From the IMG/VR virus record IMGVR_UViG_3300020120_000082, positions 1 to 64,000 of that record: 64,000 nt of DNA. The stretch is one strand, 5' to 3'. Made by a program: the position numbers and the translations under genes. Source of the stretch: a virus (Duplodnaviria; Caudoviricetes). Below the pieces are notes generated by a model. It searched no databases. It saw only the letters and a list, made by a program, of their open reading frames with translations, and was not told where the DNA came from. Below, piece by piece: positions 1 through 9,921 of the stretch (positions are counted from its first letter, which is position 1; every line of letters starts with the position of its first letter).

Positions 1-2
1 AA

Positions 3-98
3 AAGCCGCATGGGCGCTTGGCCTGGTCCATTCAGATTGGCGGAGATCTGTATATCGATTTGAGCGTGACGCCTGTATCAGCTATCACCAAGGTTTGA
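3..98 (+). CDS. 3' end of a hypothetical protein (partial)
   Basis: Open frame ...GGDLYIDLSVTPVSAITKV* ending 6 nt before the next ATG. Confidence 0.5.
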   Translation, partial: KPHGRLAWSIQIGGDLYIDLSVTPVSAITKV

Positions 99-104
99 TT
101 TCAC

Positions 105-1037
105 ATGAAAATCTTGCATGTTCTAGACAATTCTCACCGCGGCGGCATTCAAGAGCTTGTCTTTTCCATGTTCAAGTTCTCAAAACATGAGCATCAGTTT
201 TGGGCCGCTGACGGAACGATGGCTGGCGAGATGAGAGAAGCGGGAATGAGATTGTGGAACAAAGATGCCGGGGACAATCCAACGCTGGATGATAAATTTG
301 ACGTTGTTGTCGGGCATACGGTTGGCGGTTGGAGTCATCATAATCTATCTGGTTGGGCGCATGAACATGGGGCCAGGATTGTTGAGTGCATGCATAGTCC
401 AGCGCATTCTCCAACGCCTGCTGAAGACCTGGACGGTTTTATCGCCGTTGGCGAAAGCGCTTTAGATCCAAATCGGCACATGCCGAAGGCAGTCTGTATT
501 TATCCGCCGCTGGATGTTGGTAGTTTCAAGCCTGAAGTTCGCGGAACAGCTATTGGCCGTATGTCGCGCCTGGTGGATGAGAAGCGCCCTATTGATTTTG
601 TTGTCCTGGCCAACAGTTTTCGCGATGAGCAATTCATTCTGGCTGGCGAAGGCAACCAGTTCAGCTATTTGCGCGATCAGAATATTCCAAATGTGAAGAT
701 GCCCGGTTGGATCAGGGATTTCCCCACGTTCTATTCCACGCTCAAGCTATTTGTCTTTCCAACCCGAGACGAGTGCAATTCCATGTCTTTGGCGCGGGCG
801 ATGGCTTCTGGCTGTCCAATTATCTGCCAGGATCTGCCGGTTTTGCATCAGACTACCAATGGATTTGCCTGGTTTGCCAGGGATGTGCCTGAGTTTGCCA
901 CTCGGATACGAGCTTTCCTGGATAATCCTAGCAGCTATTACTTGACGCCGAGCGCGTTACAGTGGGCCTGGGATCGATACGACAAGGCAGTGACTGTCGA
1001 CAGAGGCTGGGATCCATACATGGAGTCGGTAGCGTGA
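105..1037 (+). CDS. Glycosyltransferase, GT-B fold (GT4-like)
   Basis: N-terminal MKILHV..GG..E; GRMSRLVDEKR; FVFPTRDE..SMSLARAMASGCPII. Confidence 0.88.
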   Translation: MKILHVLDNSHRGGIQELVFSMFKFSKHEHQFWAADGTMAGEMREAGMRLWNKDAGDNPTLDDKFDVVVGHTVGGWSHHNLSGWAHEHGARIVECMHSPAHSPTPAEDLDGFIAVGESALDPNRHMPKAVCIYPPLDVGSFKPEVRGTAIGRMSRLVDEKRPIDFVVLANSFRDEQFILAGEGNQFSYLRDQNIPNVKMPGWIRDFPTFYSTLKLFVFPTRDECNSMSLARAMASGCPIICQDLPVLHQTTNGFAWFARDVPEFATRIRAFLDNPSSYYLTPSALQWAWDRYDKAVTVDRGWDPYMESVA

Positions 1038-1621
1038 AGGACTTCGAAAACCTGGAGCGTTACGGGTATCTTCTGGACCGGATTGACGCCTGGGAATGGG
1101 GCCAGGCCAAGAAGCTGGCTTTCTGGTTTGTTCGGCATCTGTGTCCGAATTCCGTGATCGACATTGGCTGCGCATCCGGGCTTTATCTGACTCCCTATTT
1201 GCGTATCAAGCCCATGGAGCGCTGGTTGGGTGTCGACGGAGCACCAACGGCTGGATCTAAGCTTTGGCCAGACCATTTTGTGCGCTGGGATTTGCGCTAT
1301 CGTTTTCCGACAATCCAGAAATACGATCTGTGCTATTGTTTGGAAACTGCTGAGCATATCGAGACTCAATTCACTGACACGTTTGTAAGTTCGGTTGCCG
1401 CAAGCTCGAACACGATCCTGTTCTCAGCAGCCAGGCCTGGCCAGGGCGGGGAGATGCACTTCAACGAGCAGCCATTCGAATATTGGATGGACAAGTTCAG
1501 GCCATACGGATTTGAACTTCACTCGCTGGACGAAGAGTTCCGGGAATTTGTTGCATCAAACCCGCAACAGGTATTTCATCCCTGGCTCATTCATAACGGG
1601 CATTTGCTTTCCAGGGTGTAA
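1034..1621 (+). CDS. Class I SAM-dependent methyltransferase
   Basis: VIDIGCASG motif I; YDLCYCLETAEHI; FSAARPGQGG..H.NEQ; GTG start overlapping the upstream TGA. Confidence 0.85.
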   Translation: MKDFENLERYGYLLDRIDAWEWGQAKKLAFWFVRHLCPNSVIDIGCASGLYLTPYLRIKPMERWLGVDGAPTAGSKLWPDHFVRWDLRYRFPTIQKYDLCYCLETAEHIETQFTDTFVSSVAASSNTILFSAARPGQGGEMHFNEQPFEYWMDKFRPYGFELHSLDEEFREFVASNPQQVFHPWLIHNGHLLSRV

Positions 1622-1930
1622 ATGTCTCCAATAACTTTGCCGGACTGGTTATGTGGAAGCGGATGGAAACCCGGAAATGCCTGGGAGTGGATTGATATGG
1701 GTGATGGTAATGTTGGGTTAAAGATCATTCATCTTGGGTGTTACGACTGGATGGAGGAAGTCAATTATCCGCCAGTTGCAAAAAGTACCAAGAAGAGAAA
1801 GTCCCGGAAGTATTCTGGGCTGCACGATATTCAGACAAGCTGGCCACACAAAACCATTAGCGGCATGGGCATTATTGGGATGCTAAAAAAGAATGACAGA
1901 CGGAAAGCGGTACTACGACGCAGGCGATAA
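1622..1930 (+). CDS. Hypothetical protein
   Basis: ORF fills the gap between two coupled genes. Confidence 0.45.
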   Translation: MSPITLPDWLCGSGWKPGNAWEWIDMGDGNVGLKIIHLGCYDWMEEVNYPPVAKSTKKRKSRKYSGLHDIQTSWPHKTISGMGIIGMLKKNDRRKAVLRRRR

Positions 1931-2552
1931 TATCCGCGGTTACTGGGATGCTCGGCATGCGGCCTGGGCTGAGAACCCGAACTGGTCGACCATCCAGGAA
2001 AAGCAGGACTGGTTTAACGTCCGATTTGAGCATCTCCTGCCGCCCAGCTTTTCCAAGACCGGCAGGCCGCGAATTGGCAAGGTTCTGGATTATGGCTGTG
2101 GTTGCGGATTGTATGCTGCTCCACTGGTAGATCGTTTCTGGACTTACGTTGGGTTTGATACCAGCACTGCCGCTTTGAAAATTGCTAGGGAATACTACAA
2201 GCAATTTCCAAGTTTGTTGAAGGACATGTATTTCAACGAATACAGTGGGGAGCCTGGACAGTGGCAGGCTGGCATGCGGGAAGAGTACAACCTGGTTGTT
2301 TCCATCACGGTTCTTCAGCACCAGCCACTTGAGTATCGGCGGGCCATGATTGAGAATATCAAGACATTGCTCAAGCCAGGTGGAATGTATATTGGATTGG
2401 AATGGGCGGGGCATTCAGAAGCTTACGATATGCCGCCCATGGCTGAAGATGAATGGCGCAAGGCCTGGGAGCCGCTGGTGATCGAGCGCGATAATCCAGC
2501 CGATCACCCCAGGTGGATTGAAGACAACGTTTGGGTGGCCAGGAAAGATTAG
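1893..2552 (+). CDS. Class I SAM-dependent methyltransferase
   Basis: VLDYGCGCG; GFDTS; VLQHQ; LLKPGG. Confidence 0.88.
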   Translation: MTDGKRYYDAGDNIRGYWDARHAAWAENPNWSTIQEKQDWFNVRFEHLLPPSFSKTGRPRIGKVLDYGCGCGLYAAPLVDRFWTYVGFDTSTAALKIAREYYKQFPSLLKDMYFNEYSGEPGQWQAGMREEYNLVVSITVLQHQPLEYRRAMIENIKTLLKPGGMYIGLEWAGHSEAYDMPPMAEDEWRKAWEPLVIERDNPADHPRWIEDNVWVARKD

Positions 2553-2624
2553 CAGTACAGGGAAACTTGGATTTTAGGAGAATGACAATGCCATACTCAG
2601 AGAAATATTTAAAGAGGCACAGTC

Positions 2625-4118
2625 ATGTCACGCCCAACCAGGGTTCTCCTAGTTTATCCAACTCCCAGTGTTTCTTCGCCGCAAAAGAGTCCGCCGCTAT
2701 CTATCTTGCATGTGGGACGGGCTCTGTCCGAGGCAAAGGCCAGGGGTAAGTCGGACGAGGATTACGAAGTCCAATATTTTGATGAGCGCTATGATCCAGA
2801 GCCAGATCTGTCCTGGCCGGATGTGGTGGGCGTTTCTTCAATGACCGGGTATCAACTCAAGGGAGCGATTCGCTGGTTGAAAGATGCCAAACGACACGGA
2901 AAGCGAACTGTATTGGGGGGTATCCATGTTACCGCCCAGCCAGACCAATGCCTGTCAGAGAACTACGTTGATAGTGTGGTCTTGTCAGAAGGAGAATGGG
3001 GAATTCTCCAGGCCATCCATGGAGGTCATAAAGAACGTGTCCATGGACACCTGTCTGGAACTAATGACCATGTTTCCCCAGTCGACGCCAGCACCCTGGT
3101 TCATTTTCAGAGATCCGCCCGGACCGGCGACTCTGTGTTGATGACGTCTCGCGGTTGCCCGTTTCGCTGCGGCTTTTGCTATATACAGATTTTCTTTGAG
3201 CGTAGCTGGCAACCGGTAGACATGGATCGCTGGCGGCACGACGTTCTGTATCTGAAAGAAAATGCCGGTGTTATTCGCTACGAGCATGGCGACGACTGGA
3301 TTGGTAAGTGGTCCAGAGCGCACGATGTCATCAAGTTTTTGTGGGACAACGGCATCGAATATCGTCCCAGCATTCGGGCTCACCAGATCAACGACGACGT
3401 AGCTCGCGAAATGGCAGAGATGGGCATCAAGCATCTGAGCGTTGGGATGGAAACTGGCAGCGAGCGTATGCTGAAGTTGACCGAGAAAGACATTACCAAG
3501 AAAGACCAGATTACCTGTGCCGAGGCGTTGGCCAAGCATAAGATCTGGCCACTGTATTACTGGATTACAGGATTTCCAACAGAAACGCCGCAGGAGATCA
3601 ATGAAACGCTTGACCAGGCCGACAGGCTCTACGCTATTCATGGCGGGCAGCTTACCCAAAACTTTTATGCTTACACCGCTTTGCCCGGAAGCCCCATGTA
3701 CGAACTGGTCGACAAAGACAAGCTCCCCCAGTCCATGGAAGCTTGGTCCAATTACAGTCTTAACCAGACCCTGGATGAGCGAGCAAGCAATCTGTATCAC
3801 ATCGGCGGACTCCATTTCCATCGTGGACCTGGAGACAAGACGGATCGAAACTTTCCGGGGATCAAACGGCTCTTGATCTGGCCATTTGAAACGATGGCCA
3901 CCTGGCGCTGGAAGAATCGCGTCTTTACGCACTTCGAGATCGAGAAGTACTTTATCGATTTGCTTTTGCGCTGGGCATCGTTGAGATACGAGAACAGCAT
4001 TAAGAAAACCAAGCGTAAATTGTCTGAAGTGGATATTGCTGACTGGGGTGTTCGAGAAAACAAGCCAGATTCAGGCGCTAAGGGCGAGTTTATGACTGGA
4101 GAGCTAGGAAAGAAGTAG
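2625..4118 (+). CDS. Cobalamin-binding radical SAM protein (class B methyltransferase-like)
   Basis: N-terminal B12-binding motifs (PPLSIL, PDVVGVSSMT, VLGGIH, EGE); SRGCPFRCGFC CxxxCxxC; GMETGS; GFPTET. Confidence 0.92.
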   Translation: MSRPTRVLLVYPTPSVSSPQKSPPLSILHVGRALSEAKARGKSDEDYEVQYFDERYDPEPDLSWPDVVGVSSMTGYQLKGAIRWLKDAKRHGKRTVLGGIHVTAQPDQCLSENYVDSVVLSEGEWGILQAIHGGHKERVHGHLSGTNDHVSPVDASTLVHFQRSARTGDSVLMTSRGCPFRCGFCYIQIFFERSWQPVDMDRWRHDVLYLKENAGVIRYEHGDDWIGKWSRAHDVIKFLWDNGIEYRPSIRAHQINDDVAREMAEMGIKHLSVGMETGSERMLKLTEKDITKKDQITCAEALAKHKIWPLYYWITGFPTETPQEINETLDQADRLYAIHGGQLTQNFYAYTALPGSPMYELVDKDKLPQSMEAWSNYSLNQTLDERASNLYHIGGLHFHRGPGDKTDRNFPGIKRLLIWPFETMATWRWKNRVFTHFEIEKYFIDLLLRWASLRYENSIKKTKRKLSEVDIADWGVRENKPDSGAKGEFMTGELGKK

Positions 4119-4166
4119 ACATTATGTCTCATTGTAGAACGGTTGTGCTGGCATACAATAGCTGCC

Positions 4167-4709
4167 ATGCACAACGACATTGTCTACTTCCTGATATCGG
4201 CCATACTTTCGATTGCGTCCTGGTCAACGCCGCAGCCCAAGTTATCGACTGGTCTCTTAGTTGTTTACGGCAATCAGCGCTTGGTGGAGGCTAATGCTGA
4301 TTGGCATGGCTACAACTTATCGCTCATCCCGGATCGCTGTGGTTTCAGTGCTATTTCTCCGGCGCATCTGGGTCAACTGGCATACTTTTCAGTCGACGGA
4401 GAACACTGGATTGGGCCATGTCAGGACGATGACGCGGTTAGCCGCGGAGATGCTTACGACTCGATTTATGGCAGGCACGAGATTGCGGAGATCAGGCGCT
4501 CGGATGCTCTCAAACTTGGTTTTGAGTATGGGCATCAGGGGTATATTTACTTTTCTCCCTGTCCACCGCGCAGCATTGTTCTTGCCAGGCCCTATGCGCC
4601 GCCATTAAGTTTTGACTATCCGCCATATGATTACACGCCGTCGTTTTATCCATATCCCGAGCAGCAAAAAGTCGTCAGGTGCAACTTCAGTTTGAGAAAA
4701 GAACAATGA
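4167..4709 (+). CDS. Secreted/membrane-anchored hypothetical protein, possibly RlpA/DPBB-like
   Basis: Hydrophobic N-terminus; fold guess from weak motif resemblance only. Confidence 0.45.
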   Translation: MHNDIVYFLISAILSIASWSTPQPKLSTGLLVVYGNQRLVEANADWHGYNLSLIPDRCGFSAISPAHLGQLAYFSVDGEHWIGPCQDDDAVSRGDAYDSIYGRHEIAEIRRSDALKLGFEYGHQGYIYFSPCPPRSIVLARPYAPPLSFDYPPYDYTPSFYPYPEQQKVVRCNFSLRKEQ

Positions 4710-4954
4710 ACAAATCTGTATTTGGAGCTACGATTGACGCGCTGGACAAAGAGTTGAATATCCTAGATGGCATCAGGATATTTGAGAGCAGTTTTGGTCA
4801 TCCACCAGATTGTCTGACGATTAGCCCAGTGACTGCTGACAGGTTTTTTGGAAATTATTGGCCGGTAAGCATATTGGGCATTCAAGTCGATATCGACTCT
4901 CGCTGTCCGCCTGGGGAGTGTTATTTCTCGGACGGCTCTAGCCAGGAAATATAA
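4706..4954 (+). CDS. Hypothetical protein
   Basis: ATGA overlap with the upstream stop. Confidence 0.55.
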   Translation: MNKSVFGATIDALDKELNILDGIRIFESSFGHPPDCLTISPVTADRFFGNYWPVSILGIQVDIDSRCPPGECYFSDGSSQEI

Positions 4955-5671
4955 ATGGCACTCATCGGCGGCTTTATGATCTTGAACAACGAGGAAGAGC
5001 AAGTCAAGTATGCTCTGGAGTCCTTCGTGGCACTTGGAGATCTACTGGGGACCTTGTCCCTGGTAGACAACAATTCAACCGATGCTACGCTGGAAATCAT
5101 AGACAGTTTTTCGGATCGAATGCACATCATTGTTCAGCATGAGTATCACACCAGCCACCATGGGAATCTTCGTAATAAAGCCATGGATCCGCTAACAGAT
5201 GACCAGTGGATTTTTTACCTGGATGGAGACGAGTCGTTCTCGTCCAACTTCCCAAACTGGCTGCGCTCTGGAAAGCTGGAAGAAGCCAACGCCTGGGGCA
5301 TTTACAAATACACCACGATCATCGATCGATTTCATTATGTTGAAGGCGGCAATGGCCCTACCTGGCGCTTGTTTCGAAACTTACCAGGGCGTCATTTCCC
5401 ACAGTCCATTCACACTGAACCAACTCATCTGAAATTCGGCGCTTGGCCGACTGTTCCAGGTGTATATATGTTCGATCATACGGCCTGCAAGTCCAGGGAA
5501 GCGTTGTGGACTAAGGGCTATCGTTATCAATGGGCTGCTCGTGAAAATGTTCCGGCCATTGGCGGACCGGCTGAATACATTGTTCGCGTTGACAACGCCT
5601 ACAACCAGTACCCAGAAAGAAACGTTCTTTTCCCAGAAGACATTCGCAATCTAATCTTCACTGGCCCATAG
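4955..5671 (+). CDS. Glycosyltransferase family 2 (GT-A)
   Basis: MILNNEEE; VDNNSTDAT; RN.A; WIFYLDGDE (DxD); RLFRN; IHTEP. Confidence 0.88.
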   Translation: MALIGGFMILNNEEEQVKYALESFVALGDLLGTLSLVDNNSTDATLEIIDSFSDRMHIIVQHEYHTSHHGNLRNKAMDPLTDDQWIFYLDGDESFSSNFPNWLRSGKLEEANAWGIYKYTTIIDRFHYVEGGNGPTWRLFRNLPGRHFPQSIHTEPTHLKFGAWPTVPGVYMFDHTACKSREALWTKGYRYQWAARENVPAIGGPAEYIVRVDNAYNQYPERNVLFPEDIRNLIFTGP

Positions 5672-5682
5672 GAGAGACAACC

Positions 5683-6021
5683 GTGTTCGATAGATATAAG
5701 GCGCTATTCGATAAAGCTAAGAAGCCGTTTGTTGGCGATGCATCTCTTCCGGCTGATCCGGATCATGGCAAATTGTACGATTACGATAAGAATGAGACCA
5801 AGCCATTCGATAACCGCGGAGAGCAACTGATCTATTTTGTTACCAGCGGCAGTCTCGGATACCTGAGTAATGGGAAGTATTTTGACATTAGTGGATCATC
5901 GATATCTGAAGACGAATACAATCGTATCATTGTTACGCTAGGGATAGAGGGGGAAGTTGGCTCGCAGGGCAGTTTGCATGCAGATGACTATTGGCGCTTA
6001 CAAGGCGAAAGAGGAGATTAG
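5683..6021 (+). CDS. Hypothetical protein (contains TSGS and SGS)
   Basis: GGAGAG RBS before GTG. Confidence 0.65.
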   Translation: MFDRYKALFDKAKKPFVGDASLPADPDHGKLYDYDKNETKPFDNRGEQLIYFVTSGSLGYLSNGKYFDISGSSISEDEYNRIIVTLGIEGEVGSQGSLHADDYWRLQGERGD

Positions 6022-6426
6022 GTGATGGGATCGACAAGCAAACGAGAAGAGCACGTTTTTCTGTTCACCGCAAAAGAGATCGCTGATGCAACCAAGAAAC
6101 AGGTTGACTATCACAACGCAAGAACCACCTGGTGGGAGAAAGAGTATCTGCGTGCTGATGGTGAGCTACAAAAGACGATGAAGATTATTCGGAAAGAGAA
6201 TCAGGTTACCGGTGGCGTTCACATCGACTATAGCGTCGATTTTGGAGATCAGACCGAATATCGGCGCATGCAGGAAGCCTATCAGAAGATCCAGTCGCAT
6301 AAGCAACTGGCGCAGCGCTATGAGATTGATCGTTCTATGTACAATACCCAGGGTGATCGTACATACGAGCTAACAACGTCAGATGTTCATTACTTCCATT
6401 TGGCTGGTGAAGAGAACGAAAGCTAA
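6022..6426 (+). CDS. Hypothetical protein
   Basis: GAGGAG RBS, tight gene packing. Confidence 0.65.
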   Translation: MMGSTSKREEHVFLFTAKEIADATKKQVDYHNARTTWWEKEYLRADGELQKTMKIIRKENQVTGGVHIDYSVDFGDQTEYRRMQEAYQKIQSHKQLAQRYEIDRSMYNTQGDRTYELTTSDVHYFHLAGEENES

Positions 6427-6428
6427 GA

Positions 6429-7295
6429 ATGCCAATTTCAGCCCTGAGCACCTACATTTTTGGCCATAATCTCGAAAAGATTTTGTATCCCTACGTGGCG
6501 TCTATTGATAGCGCATTAGCCCTGACACGCTCAATCAATGGTCCCGGAACCACTGGGCAGGTATGGTTAGCCATCTGTGATTGCGAGGACGACACGGAGA
6601 AGATTGTTCGTGAGAAGTTTTCCACGGAGATTGGGAACGGAGAACTTCATATTGTTTATCATCCGTGGGGCGATCATCACACCATCCAGGCCAAGGTCGG
6701 CAATTTCCTGCTGGATCAAATTGGAGAGAGCGCGGCTTACGCTCTCAAGCTCGATGCCGACGAGGTCATTTACGAGGAGTCGTTCGAAAATTTCAGAGAA
6801 GATTTCTATCATGTGGCCAGGGGAAACCACGTTCTGGCCAGGCCGCATTACACACACTTTTGCCCAGACTTCTGGACAACATTTCCGTTTATCTACGCCA
6901 GCAAGAGTGTTATTTCCAGGACCAGCATGGGCTTGAGATTCTCGCTAGGCGTCGGCGGAGACGCCTGTGCTTTAGGTGGAGCACCGGAAGTCCAGACGCG
7001 CCTGGAGATCCAGCATTTCGGAAAAGTTCAGACTGGTCGCAGGCGCGAAGCTCTGGCCAAAGAGTGGACTTTCCAGCAGCTTTACACTGAGCTTGGTTTC
7101 CCGGATCCGCTGGTAGCCAAGCAGTGGGAAGGACAGGGATTTATCGACTACGACGAGATCTTCCATGTCGCTCGGGAGCGTGGTGATTTTCAAATGTACC
7201 TGGGTGATCATCCAGTGTTTGTCAAAGACTGGATTGCAATGATGGAGCAGAGAGATAAGGAGTGGGTTAGCCAGATAGGGGCGGAATCGAAATGA
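6429..7295 (+). CDS. Glycosyltransferase family 2-like (GT-A)
   Basis: YPYVASIDS; DCEDDT; LKLDADEV (DxD); QHFG; HP..KDW tail typical of GT2-like proteins. Confidence 0.75.
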   Translation: MPISALSTYIFGHNLEKILYPYVASIDSALALTRSINGPGTTGQVWLAICDCEDDTEKIVREKFSTEIGNGELHIVYHPWGDHHTIQAKVGNFLLDQIGESAAYALKLDADEVIYEESFENFREDFYHVARGNHVLARPHYTHFCPDFWTTFPFIYASKSVISRTSMGLRFSLGVGGDACALGGAPEVQTRLEIQHFGKVQTGRRREALAKEWTFQQLYTELGFPDPLVAKQWEGQGFIDYDEIFHVARERGDFQMYLGDHPVFVKDWIAMMEQRDKEWVSQIGAESK

Positions 7296-8707
7296 AAAAC
7301 CCGGTTCTTTTGTACACATTCCCGAATGGCCAAAGCTTGTATCTGTGCGATCCAGATCTGACTATTCCAGATGGGACTCTGCACCTGGATCTGGGTCCAC
7401 ATCTATTCATTGATCCGTATCTCATTGATGGGGCAACCCCGGATCTATCGGTAAATTCACCCATTCGCTCCCGATCGACTCCGGTTCTGACTGGGTTTCA
7501 AGATGCCGCTCTCTACAAGGTTGCTAACTTTTTGGCCAACGTTCTTTATTACCCAGATACTGGAAAGTTCAGTATGTGGTATCTGGGGAAGATGTCGAAT
7601 GGCAATAATGCCAATGGATTAGTTACGTCCAGTGATGGGTTGACCTGGAGTACTCCGGTTTGGATTCCGATTCTGGGAAACAATCAAATTAACGCTGTGC
7701 TGGACGAGGGTGTAGCAGGGCCACAGCGTTACAAGACTGTTATTCCAAACACGATTAACGCTGTAATTCCCTATTGGCCTGGGCAGCTATGGACATCGTC
7801 AGATGGATTCAATTGGGTGGTTGGCCCTAATCTGACCGCGCCATATGGAGAGATGTGGTCACTGTTCCACGAAGGAACTGACTTTGGTATGCTGCATCGC
7901 TGGAATCGTGTAGACCTTTCATGGATCGATTCGGATGGCGTGTCTCATACAGTCGGGCACGATAACGTCTTTGTGCGCTGTATTGGGTTTACGGGCAACA
8001 AGAATGGCTCCACTTTCCCAACTTCCAAGGTGGTTTTTGAACCAGGAACGCATTGGCCTGGACAGACACAGTTCTATTACGTCAGTAACATTATCAAGCG
8101 CGGGGAAACGTACATTGGCACGATGGGGATTCTGCGTGACGATCTGACTGTTTCTGGCGCTCCGGCTGGCGCATACGGAACTGGATATACAACCCTGGTC
8201 TGGTCAATTGACGGCGTGAACTGGAAATGCGTTGACGGACTCAGTAAGCACTTTTTTGATCCCGTTGCAGATCCAGCAGCCTGGGATCATGCTATGGCCT
8301 GGATTACCGGCCTGGCCCCGGTTGGCGATGAAGTCTACTTGTATTATGGGGGGTATCAGTACGGACACAAAGTTTATTTTGATCGCCAGATCGGCCTGGT
8401 CAAGATCCAGAGAGATCGCTGGGCATCACGTCACGGTGGATCAACGCCAGTAACAATCAGAACCAAGCCGATCAATTTCTCGGCCCAGTCCATGACAATA
8501 AACTCTTCAGGCGGCGTTCGGGTTCAGATCACGGATGATACTGGCTTTCCCATTCCAGGTTTCAGCTTTGCCGAAACGTTAGTAACTGGGAATAGTGTGG
8601 AGAACATTTTTACCAGCGCTGGAAATCTTGCGTCTTTATCAAATAGGGCAGTTCGCATTGAATTTGAATTGACCAATGCCGATCTGTACGCTTTTTATCT
8701 CCACTAG
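7292..8707 (+). CDS. Beta-propeller glycoside hydrolase-like protein
   Basis: Repeated Asp-box-like SSDGLTW/SSDGFNW/SIDGVNW; AWD..; VGDEVYLYYGG; IGLVKIQRDRWAS; C-terminal beta-sandwich. Confidence 0.65.
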   Translation: MKNPVLLYTFPNGQSLYLCDPDLTIPDGTLHLDLGPHLFIDPYLIDGATPDLSVNSPIRSRSTPVLTGFQDAALYKVANFLANVLYYPDTGKFSMWYLGKMSNGNNANGLVTSSDGLTWSTPVWIPILGNNQINAVLDEGVAGPQRYKTVIPNTINAVIPYWPGQLWTSSDGFNWVVGPNLTAPYGEMWSLFHEGTDFGMLHRWNRVDLSWIDSDGVSHTVGHDNVFVRCIGFTGNKNGSTFPTSKVVFEPGTHWPGQTQFYYVSNIIKRGETYIGTMGILRDDLTVSGAPAGAYGTGYTTLVWSIDGVNWKCVDGLSKHFFDPVADPAAWDHAMAWITGLAPVGDEVYLYYGGYQYGHKVYFDRQIGLVKIQRDRWASRHGGSTPVTIRTKPINFSAQSMTINSSGGVRVQITDDTGFPIPGFSFAETLVTGNSVENIFTSAGNLASLSNRAVRIEFELTNADLYAFYLH

Positions 8708-8715
8708 AGAGACAA

Positions 8716-9717
8716 ATGAAATACGATAAGCGTCCTGTCAATTTTGTTGTTGAGACCGGCAGTCTGGCTGGCGGCGTGCGCGTCATCGGGGAGATGGCCA
8801 ATCGATTGGCCGAGCGCAATTGGACCGTTGCTATCTGGTCCGTCAATCCCAAAGAAACTCTGACGGATTGGTTTCGCTTGGACAGTCGCGTCAAATGGCA
8901 CTCTTTCCTGAAGACCGGGACAACGGCGGATTATATTCCGCTGTCTGAAATCCTGAAAAAGCAGGACGGTATCAAGATCGCTACTTTTTACAGGACTGCG
9001 TTTGCTGTGGCAGATGCAGCCAAGGATGGTGAAGGATATTACCTGGTTCAGGATCGTGAAGACAGCTATACCAGTCAGCCGATCTATGGCCAAATGGCCG
9101 TTTCGACTTATCAGATGCCGCTCAGAAAGTTTACAACTTCGCGCTGGGTTGAGAAAGTTATCCCAGATTGCGCATATGTTGGCATCGGTCTGGAGAACAA
9201 GTACCGGCTCAACCCCAAGCTGAAACGTGAGCGGTTCATTCTGGCCTGTGCCAGGATCCAGGCGCTCAAGGGTTGGGATGCGCTATGTGAGTGCTGCCGG
9301 TATATCAATGCCGCTGGCGGAAAGATCGTCACATTTGGGATGGACAAGAAGTTGCCCATGACGGTCAAAACCAATCACATTCACTATCCAAGCGACGATA
9401 AGATTAGGCAGCTTTATCAGCAGTGCAGCGTATTTTTGAGCACTTCAATGCACGAAGGTTTCAACCTGACAGCCCTGGAAGCTATGGCTTGCGGCACTCC
9501 GGTATCGACGACTAACTCTGATGGCAATGAAGAGTATATCGAGGATGGCGTGAACTGCATGGTCTCGAATGATCCGTATACCATGGCCGAGAATTGCGCT
9601 AAGATTATGCGCGATCCGGCATTGGCGGAAAAGTTGTCTCTCAATGGCGTCAAGACGGCAGGACGCTATCGATGGGTAGATGTGGTCAATCGATTGGAAA
9701 CGGTTTTGTCTGAGTGA
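8716..9717 (+). CDS. Glycosyltransferase, GT-B fold (GT4-like)
   Basis: AGGVRVI; YYLVQD.E; FLSTSMHEGFNLTALEAMACGTPV. Confidence 0.92.
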   Translation: MKYDKRPVNFVVETGSLAGGVRVIGEMANRLAERNWTVAIWSVNPKETLTDWFRLDSRVKWHSFLKTGTTADYIPLSEILKKQDGIKIATFYRTAFAVADAAKDGEGYYLVQDREDSYTSQPIYGQMAVSTYQMPLRKFTTSRWVEKVIPDCAYVGIGLENKYRLNPKLKRERFILACARIQALKGWDALCECCRYINAAGGKIVTFGMDKKLPMTVKTNHIHYPSDDKIRQLYQQCSVFLSTSMHEGFNLTALEAMACGTPVSTTNSDGNEEYIEDGVNCMVSNDPYTMAENCAKIMRDPALAEKLSLNGVKTAGRYRWVDVVNRLETVLSE

Positions 9718-9719
9718 GT

Positions 9720-9890
9720 GTCGGCGTGGCGGGAAACTGGTGGGCGAGACGAGCGTGGTCGACAGTCAAGAACCTTAGCCCATTAATGGTAGCTGCCCTA
9801 TAATGAGAGTGGGTGGCGCTGGTTTGCCCGGGCCAGAAACGCGTAACCCGTTTCGTGAGGTGCCAGCCGTAATCGAAGGTCCATGCCGAT
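9720..9890 (+). ncRNA. Candidate rod-shaped structured RNA, family unknown
   Basis: Nested complementary segments (GTCGGCGTGG/CCATGCCGAT, CTGGTG/TGCCAG, GCGAGACG/CGTTTCGT, GCTGCCC/GGGTGGC) followed at once by an intrinsic terminator. Confidence 0.45.
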
Positions 9891-9891
9891 G

Positions 9892-9921
9892 AAACTGCCT
9901 GTTGAAAAACAGGCAGTTTTT
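9892..9921 (+). terminator. Intrinsic terminator
   Basis: AAACTGCCTGTT-GAAA-AACAGGCAGTTT plus T run. Confidence 0.8.

Noticed and set aside
9720-9800. tRNA-like start (GGCGTGGCGGGAAACTGGT) and a c-di-GMP-I-like GGGCAAACC on the - strand
   Set aside because: No T-loop TTCGA, cloverleaf or CCA end; the remaining riboswitch consensus is missing
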